From positions 62,001-126,000 of the forward strand of contig JAHLTZ010000027.1 in NCBI GenBank assembly GCA_025786725.1: a DNA stretch of 64,000 nucleotides, in the 5' to 3' direction. A program made the position numbers and the translations under genes. Under the pieces are notes generated by a model. That model searched no databases. It was not told where the DNA came from and was given only the letters and a program-made list of their open reading frames with translations. Origin of the DNA: Syncephalis fuscata S228 (Eukaryota; Fungi; Zoopagomycota). This document shows positions 52,275-64,000 of this stretch, piece by piece. Position 1 is the stretch's first letter. Every line of letters begins with the position of its first letter.

Positions 52275-52756
52275 GATGGTTTTGAGTAAACGTAGCTTGC
52301 GTTAAAACAGTGTAAGAATCTTTGATGTAGGTTGTTATAAGAAGGATGGAATATATCGAGACTGGTTTGTGTAAATAAACGCTGTTTATATGGTTATTGC
52401 CAAATGCTAAATTTCATCGGTTATTGAAAAATAATTGTAATTATCGCTTAATTCAGCTATTGCTCGTGTTGTAATGAGCCAAGTCTGGCCCTCTCCATTT
52501 ATAGCATATTCATTAATCTAATTGTTTGCATTGCCATTAGTGTCTAAAAAACACGTGATATTGTTTGATATAGACTGATTTATTTGAACCAAACAATAAT
52601 ACGTTTTATATTTGCATGGCATCAATCTAAGCAGAATTTTTGAATTGCAAATAAATAGACAGCTATAGATTGTAAATGGTATTTTTAATATTTTATTTTT
52701 ATTTTAACTTAAGCTTAGATAACTCAGTATTTTATAGACAAAATAGATCGTTGAGT

Positions 52757-53942
52757 ATGAAGATTAACCAGCTTTTTTATACGGTCAGTTCTATCATTTC
52801 CCTGTATCTTCCAACGATACAAGCTTTTGGTGCTGATTTAAAAGGTATGTTAATTTTTTGTATCACAAAAACTTACAATTATTTGATATTAGAGTGCGAC
52901 AATATCAATGGTCTAGCAAGTGCGCCAAAAGACGTGCCAGGGGTTTTAAATCAACCGAATCTTTTAATTAAAACATGGCTACAATGTGAAGCAGAAATAA
53001 GCATAGCTGTTGCAAGCTGGGGTCCTACGAAGCAAAAAACATTTTAAAATGTAGTGAACACGATTATTCCGAAAAGGAATCGGCAGTTCTACAAGTAATT
53101 TGTGCATACTATTATTTTAAATACAGCACTAATTTAATGCGATTATAGCGGATTTTAAATCACGACCAATCGGCGGATGAATCAGACATTTTAAATGGCA
53201 AGCACATTTTGCGACCATTGCAAATATTTGAAGTCAAAAATGGTATTTGCATTGTTTTCCCGTATATCGAAGGGGTAACTTTAAGGGAGTTTTACAAGGA
53301 TAAAAGCTGGGAAACTAAGCTCTATTACTTGCCGCAAATACTTCGCCAGGTATTTCAAGGTAATAATGTTTAGAAATATAGATACACACTATAGCTGAAT
53401 TATATAGGTTTATCGTACTTGCACAATATAAAGATTATTCATAATGATCCAAGAAAAAACAGTAAGTTTTTGCGTATGAAATTAAGTATGCTTAGCTGTG
53501 TGTAGATATTATAATTCAATCGCTGCCTCATTCTACCAAAATAAACGTAATGCTCATCGATTACGACATTAGCAAATTACTACCTTTAAAAGAGCCAACA
53601 AAACAACAGGATATAAATCAGCAACTAGTATTATTTGCTAAAGATACACGAGATTTTGCAATATCTATGTATGAAGTTGTAACCGGAGTAAATTTCAACG
53701 CTAACGCTTATCGTGTGGCTTATGATAAATACATAAATAAGAAGCAAACTCATTCTTTTATTGATTCTGCGTTGGTGCCGAACTTTCCCACACTTAAAAA
53801 TGCAAAATTGGCCAAAATACTTGTCGCCTTCCTGAATTACATAGATATGTTCGTCACCCAAACACCGGATGTTTGGCCGACCCCGGCCGAGTATTTGACT
53901 CGTACGTGGCCAACAACACATTTGATAAATGTTTTGCTTTAA
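52757..53942 (+). CDS. Secreted atypical protein kinase
   Basis: Signal-like MKINQLFYTVSSIISLYLPTIQA, VPGVLNQPNLLI, ILKC (Lys), EKE (alphaC Glu), VFPYIEGVTL hinge, GLSYLHNIKIIHNDPRKN catalytic loop, LIDYD. Five exons; 1-nt deletion in the poly-A at ~53035. Confidence 0.75.
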
Positions 53943-54104
53943 TTTTAAACAGATCAAATAAAGTGTTTTAAAATAGACAATGTAAATAACAATTAAATTT
54001 ACACAAAGTTTATTTCATATACTGTTTACTCACTTAGTATAATAGTGTATTTTGTTCATTTCAGTTCTTTACTTTCAAAATAAGCTATTACAATTACAAG
54101 CACT

Positions 54105-57131
<3,027 letters not shown>

Positions 57132-57164
57132 TCAATAACATGGATACGTGAAAAACATTTATTA

Positions 57165-60100
57165 CTAAAAATAAAGACTAGCTGCAAATACAATATCTCT
57201 TTTAATAAGCACAGCAGCCTCTTCCATCTTGTTATAAAGTGTCGAATCACCGATAATACGTGCGGCATTACGTACTTCACGACAAGTTTCATCGAGACGA
57301 GTAATACAACGTACAATTGAACCTATATAAATAATAGCCATAACAGTCAATGATTAATAATACAAATCATAATTACTATAAGAGTTATCATTACCTTCTT
57401 GAATATCGGTCAGCTCCGTAATTTGTTTAAATGGCTATTAATTAATTAATTAATAAAAGTAATTAGTAGTTCATTTATCATTATTTACTATTTTCTCTTC
57501 TCTTTTACTACTTACCATGCCTCGTGCCCATTCGTAAACAACTTCGGCCAAAGTGAATTTAAATAGATGCAGATAGTCATCGGGGCTGACTGGTAGGCCA
57601 CATTGAGCCTGTGCTTCAGCCACACGTTCAGCCACCTTCATAATTTTAGCACGACCTTGTTCGAGTCGTGTCGTTAGTTGAGGTGGCGAATCACTTTTCT
57701 CGTGAAAAATAAAACCCGATAATAACGCCACAATTTCCGCCGGTTCATCGTCGGCAAATGCATTTTCCAGAATTAATTCAGTAAGTACAAGTTCATCAGC
57801 CGAATTAATCTATTGATAGTGTTAATAAATATCATTTATAATTCATCATTACCAACCTCACAAGCTACACGTCCTTTTAATTGAACGGTGGCATGTTCAT
57901 CAACATACGACAGTATTTTAAGCACTTGTACTCTTTGTTCATAATCCGGCAACAATTCTAGATTCTGATCTGAAATTGTTCGTTGTAACTCGGCAATCTT
58001 TGTTTGCAGTACACGTTCACCGTGTACACTGGCATACTAATGAATAGCATATCAATTAGCAATATGCACTAATTAAATTCATTACTAATACTTACATGGG
58101 CATCAAGATCGGGACATTTACAACACTGAAAGGTGATGAGTTGTCGCATTAATCGATGTTTCTCTTGAAGCTTTTCTTGAAAATCAAGCTCTCTTAACTT
58201 TGACCAATCATTCTCTTCTAGATTCTTTTCTACTCACAAGTTCGATCAATATTTGACTAGTGGCAATAATTGTAAATAGTTCAATCACTTACCCGCCATC
58301 GTTTCCTCAGCAAAACGTGTTAATAATTGTACTACACGTGTTGATTCAGCATCACCTCGTTTACTCATAATAAGATCAACGTCCAACTAGCATTATAATG
58401 AATACAGTAGCCCACACTACTATTATTGCTAATATTACCTTAATAATTTGCTTTGTAATAAATCCAATGTCTGTAAAAGATACGCTTTGAACAGCACCTT
58501 CTGCCTCTGCAGGATCTGGTACAAATAAACTTGTTACCGGTACTGGTGCAAATCCATCTTCAGATCTCTCTAACATTTCCGCATTAACATTATATACAAT
58601 TGCAATATGTAATGAATCTATTCTGTACCTTGTTGTTGACCAGCTAATCGCTCTTTACTTGTCAGTATTAGGCACCAATAAGCACGTGAACGAGTTGATT
58701 TTGTCGTTAACACTGATGGTTCAGTTATTTGACCTGCACCGCTTGTCTTAAGTATAACTGCTGGGGCATTTCTATGTTGCTATATCATGCAGATATCAAT
58801 AATAGTATTCATTGATATTAGTATACTACCTACACTATTATTAATCAGTACAATTCTGCCTGCGGACAATGCTTTTGTACCCGCGGGAGAGAATACAATT
58901 CTTTCTTGAAGAGCATAGCCCAAGGTAATAACTCGACTTGAAATATCGTAGTATTCATAGATATCCTTTAAACAAATTGTACAATCCAATTTGGATAAAG
59001 CATGCAAATCTTTTTCACTCTATATAGTATAATACATATACTAGTTAGATTATAGTGATTCGTCTATTGTAGATCCACTTACTTGGGCAAATAATCGCTG
59101 TTGTTCTGGTAATTCACGTTGACTAGCATTTTCCGAAAAACTATACTTGATCATTTCCTCGACTTTTAACGCTTCAACACGTAACAAGTTCAATATCATG
59201 TTATAGGTAAGTCGGAATTGACTCTCTAATTTCATCGGTGTACCGAGAATCATCTGATTTAATGTAACCGTCTAATCAGTATATAATATTAATTACTATT
59301 TGTTACTTGATACAACTAATACAACCAATACTTACTTCAGGAATATCGAGTCCTGTAGCAATAATTACTTTGCCCGTCTTGTCAAGACCACGCCGACCTG
59401 CTCGACCGGACATTTGTGTATATTCACCTATAGTATATTAATTAGCAATAGTTGACTGTATTCATCGTTGTATCATAACTTGCCTGGTAATAGGTCTCGG
59501 AAGGATTTACCATCGTGTTTACGTATACCGGAAAATACCACAGTTCTGGCTGGCATATTAACTCCCTAGTTGCACATTAGTAAAATAGTCAAATTATCAT
59601 CTAATATACTAGTATTACCATAGCAAATGTTTCAGTTGCAAATAATACTTTAACTAATCCACGAGCAAATAGAATTTCTACAATCTATTTAATCAATACA
59701 CATGATTTATTAATTGTTCTTACAGTATATATATATAAACATATTACATACCTCTTTAATAATTGGTAATAAACCACCATGATGTACAGCAATACCGCGT
59801 GACATCAATTCTCGCATTCTTAATACTTGTGGCAATTCTTTATCGGATCCTAATCATTACCTGTTAGACGTATTAATTTATACGAATAACTATTATTTAC
59901 CTCGTAGTCGCATTGTACTTCTCTCAATAAAAACGTGAATTTCACTCTTTTCAGTGGCTGTACATAAATCTAGATTTGTAAGAGCACCGGCATATTCTTC
60001 ACATTTCCGTTTAGAAAACGTAAACACTACTGCTGGCAGTAACTTTTTCTTATTTAGAAATCCTACTAAATGTATCCAAGTATTTCTATCCTATTATAAT

Positions 60101-62644
60101 GTACATCTATTAATGCATATTATTGCAATTAACAGTTTATTATATTACCTGTTTCTCGACTGTGCCTCGATGTTGACGCATAATTGTAGTTGAACCACCG
60201 CGGCCACCACCTCGATTTGCAGTTGATTGGTTACCTTTCATTAGTAAGCCTTTACTTGCATCATTGGCATTCTTCCATCTATACATATATACATATATAA
60301 TATTTATCAATATTGGTATTTAGTTTCATGCATATTAAAAGTTACCCTTGAGAAATAAAGTTTCGCTTCTCATCTACAATTCGATGAATATCATTACCGG
60401 CCCATATAAAGTGTTCTAGAGGTACAGGTCGCTTTAATGTACTAATTACATATATATCCTGCTTCTTTGTTCGACTATTCATTCATATTAATACAGGATT
60501 GGACAACAAACAGTACAATTATGCATATTACCCGACCCAATCGGCAAATTCACGTGTATTTGGCACTGTTGCTGATAAAAGAATAAGTGTAACATGGGCC
60601 GGCAACATAATAATAACCTCTTCCCATACAACACCTCTCTACCATCAATACACTCTATTAATTAATCAACCTATATATAAATATACCAGATGACCCACCT
60701 CAAGATCATTAACATAATGAACTTCATCAAAAATAACAAATTCAACATCTCGAATAAGATCAGCACCACGATATAACATCGATCGTAGAATCTCGGTAGT
60801 CATAATAAGACAGGAGGCTTCTGGTTGAATTTGTACATCACCGGTAAGAATGCCCACATCGTCAAAAGTAGCACGGAAATCACGAAACTTTTGATTTGAT
60901 AGGGCTTTAATTGGTGATGTATAAATAGCTCTAATAGTGAATAATACGTGTTATTATATATCTATATATCTGTATAGTGTTTAGTATTTAGTATTTAGTA
61001 TATTACCGTGTCATATGTCGTGCAGCCAAAGCAATGGCATACTCAGCCACCACTGTTTTACCAGCTGATGTATGTGCTGCAACAAACACCGATTCTCCTT
61101 TCTCCAAATGATAAACAGCTTGTTTTTGAAATGTATCCAACTCAAACGAGAACTAATAAATAAAGTAAATATATATAAATGTTTATATATCCATATTACA
61201 ATTAATTACTTACATCACGAGCCAATTCAGGCACGACATCATTAAAATCAATAGGAACAGCATGGGCATTAACAATATGGGCCCAATCTTTTTTACCAGT
61301 TATCGTACGTTTAGTTGGTAATGTTACATTTAATGGCTATTATAATTATATAGTTATTATATAATATAATTACTATTTAATTAACACTTACTTTACTGGG
61401 CAACATATCATCCAATAGCTGTTCAACTTTATCTTTATCCTCTTTATTATTATAAATGTCATTAATATAAATATAAATATCATTATAATGATTAACTTAC
61501 TAGTTATTTCTGTTTTCTCTTCTATTATTTCATTCTCGTTATTCTCCTTCACTATTTCTTCTTCTTCTTTCTCTTGTAAATTAATTTCAAATTCGGTAAT
61601 GTCATCCGAGAATAAATCATCCATACTAAAGCCTTTTTTTTCTTTTATTTCCATTGGATTTAATAGATCCGTTGATGATATGTCAGTTGACTCTTTCTCA
61701 GTTATATTTGTTGCATCAATGACTACTCCATCTACATATAATATAGATTGTATTAATAATAAATCTACTTATTATAATATACTTACCTGTAAGTATTAAA
61801 CCGCGTGACAGTCCTGGCATTATAGTTTCAAGTCCAGTTATTTCAGTATCTACAACAATATTAATGCTCTATTCATATATCCATCTAATTACTAGTTATA
61901 CCATGTTTTGAACCCATAGCAAATACATGAAGCATTTCTTGTGCCACATTATCAACTGCTCGTTTTAATACACTTGATTCAATACCGCCTAATTAAATGT
62001 CATTATTAATAATAATGATACACTTACTATGGTTATATTTACCTGGTGTAAATGGATAATGACGTGTACTGCCTCGTACAAACTCGGATGGTGGTGCTGG
62101 ATCACGTTGAAATGATGTTGAGTTCTGGGCAGTTAATCCATCTTCAGTTGATGAACGGGCCTAAATAATAGTAATATATTAATGAGCAATTGTTATTAGT
62201 ATATATTAAACTATGTTATTTATAATGATGTACCTCAGTATATCCAATAACACGGCCCTCAACCGGGTCACGTTCCCATATTAGATTAGCACTACGTCGA
62301 CCAAGAGGTAGCTGGACAAGTTCATCGATATTCACTGGTCGTTCTATTTGACTATAATATATTGTTATTTTTACATATTAAAGATTATTATTAATAGACA
62401 TGTACTTACATTTGTGCCTCTTTTAACCAGTCTCCGGTTAATGTAGGTTTAGGTAGTAGGAATTCATGTTCCAACTGTTCTAATACTGCTTGGAGTGGTG
62501 TCGGTTCAGTTGCAACGAATTGCGCTGCCAAATCGTGCAATAGTTTATCTATATCATATATTATTATACATAAATATATCTACGTTTAGTCGTTCTAAAG
62601 TCGGCTTAAATTCATATAGAAATACCTGGGTCGGTTTCTGTCAT
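57165..62644 (-). CDS. SKI2: Ski2 DExH RNA helicase (cytoplasmic exosome cofactor)
   Basis: N-terminal [18 protein letters not shown] (Ski2_N), [52 protein letters not shown], and C-terminal [13 protein letters not shown]. More than 20 introns, one with a GC donor (59482-59483). Confidence 0.93.
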
Positions 62645-63139
62645 TGTGAATCAGAGCAATGTTGAAGAGTTAAACAGTAAAACAATAAAGTAGTATGTAA
62701 TTAATATAATTAATTAAATTTATTTTATTAAAGTTGAATTAAACAGTTAGATAAAGTAAGTGTTTGTTTAATTAAACAGTTATGTTATTAATTAACAGGC
62801 TAATAAATAAAGATTATTTGAATCAACTCAAATTTATTGTTTACATTGAAATGATGAACGCGCACATCAAGCAAAATACAAAATAGACATGGACCTTCTA
62901 TTACTATTTCTCTCGGATGGTCCAAGAAATGGAAATAGCAACAATAATAATAGTCATTATAGAATAAAGAAGAGAATGGAAAAGGGCCCTCCTAATTATA
63001 ATATACGTGCCCTTACTTAAATAAATGAAGAAAAATGATGGAAGAGTAATAACAAAAAGAGGAGGGAATAAGTAAGTGGTCGTAGCATAATAGTGTAAAG
63101 GATAGCCACGTTATCAATAATCTATCTGAATTGTATAAC

Positions 63140-63953
63140 TTAAATAAATTCCATTTGTCCACTAGGACTGTTAGGAGAGGTTGGCATAACAGACGATGGT
63201 ATACGTCGAATGCCTGAAGATGCTGGATTACGAATTGACCGATTACCACCAATTCTTGAAGGAGCTGTATTGGCATGGCCATTGCTGTAAATGCCACCTG
63301 GTGATCGAAGTCCTGTACCTGATTGAGGCGACAATGGCATGCCCGATAGTTCATTCGATAATCGGTGTTGATGCTGTTGATAATTGGCAGATTTACGCAA
63401 TGAAGGTGTGGAAGAGCACTGCCTTGGGGTGTGTTAGATCCAGTGGATGGCTGTCGACTGACCGATGTAGTACTGCGTCGAAGTGTACGTGGACCTGAAA
63501 GGCCTGGTGAACGAAGTCCGCCTGCACCTATACCAGTGGGCGTTGTATCCATATTTGCATTTGAAATACGTTTAGTTGATGTGGCATTAGGGCCCAAACT
63601 ATTGCTATTGGCATTCATAGAGGGACAATACCTTCTTGGGATATACGACGAATTCGGGATGGAGCATTGCTGCCGACTGATGGTTCGCGTGACATAACTA
63701 GCGAATTACGTTGACTTGATTGACCTGACATCGTTGATGAGCTGAATGATGCACCTGAGGCCCGTCTACTATGTGTACTTAGTCGACGAGTGGCCGCCGG
63801 TTCACCGGTATACTCAGCAGAAAGTCTGCGTAAAGCAGCAGTCGCTGCATTGGTTCCCGGTGCATCCGATGTGCCAGCTCGAGGACGGGCTACAGAGCGT
63901 GGTATCGTTGAAGTGTTACCCGTTGATGGTTGTCGTACATGTCGAGTAGCCAT
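63140..63953 (-). CDS. Low-complexity Ser/Arg/Pro-rich protein of unknown function
   Basis: Three overlapping ORFs (63615-63953, 63013-63618, 63140-63400) join into one S/R/P-rich frame if single C bases are restored at ~63623 and ~63412. It could also be a terminal exon of a gene extending beyond the window. Confidence 0.5.
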
Positions 63954-64000
63954 AGCTGTTGGACAGGCTCTCTTTCAACCTCAGTTGTTTTGCGTCGTAG

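Overview
AT-rich, intron-dense eukaryotic DNA with short (mostly 45-100 nt) GT-AG introns. Gene content is fungal. An early-diverging fungus, possibly a Zoopagomycota mycoparasite such as Syncephalis, is my inference from gene style and accessory families, not a database result. The window holds about 25 genes. Housekeeping genes: TOM1/HUWE1 5' end, a DEAD-box helicase, mei2-like, PEP7, IND1, a KIC1-like kinase, UXS1, ARP5, TRM7, DHX35, SKI2. Accessory islands: a ~3 kb tandem triplication of signal-peptide + ectodomain + 7TM receptor-like genes with gene-conversion tracts, an intronless secreted S8 protease, a head-to-head secreted kinase/pseudokinase pair, and two paralogous small secreted-peptide genes missed by the ORF track. 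The standout is the second peptide gene (42713-43279, minus strand). After a signal peptide and a Kex2-type RR site, the mature peptide appears to be encoded by an ~83-bp periodic array of tandemly duplicated introns separated by 3-nt micro-exons (AG|CTG|GT, AG|GTA|GT, AG|CCA|GT, AG|GAC|GT, plus one apparent 1-nt exon), while its paralog 3.3 kb away is intronless. Many genes carry single-base deletions in short homopolymers, most likely assembly consensus errors. All gene models were read by eye, so exon boundaries are provisional.
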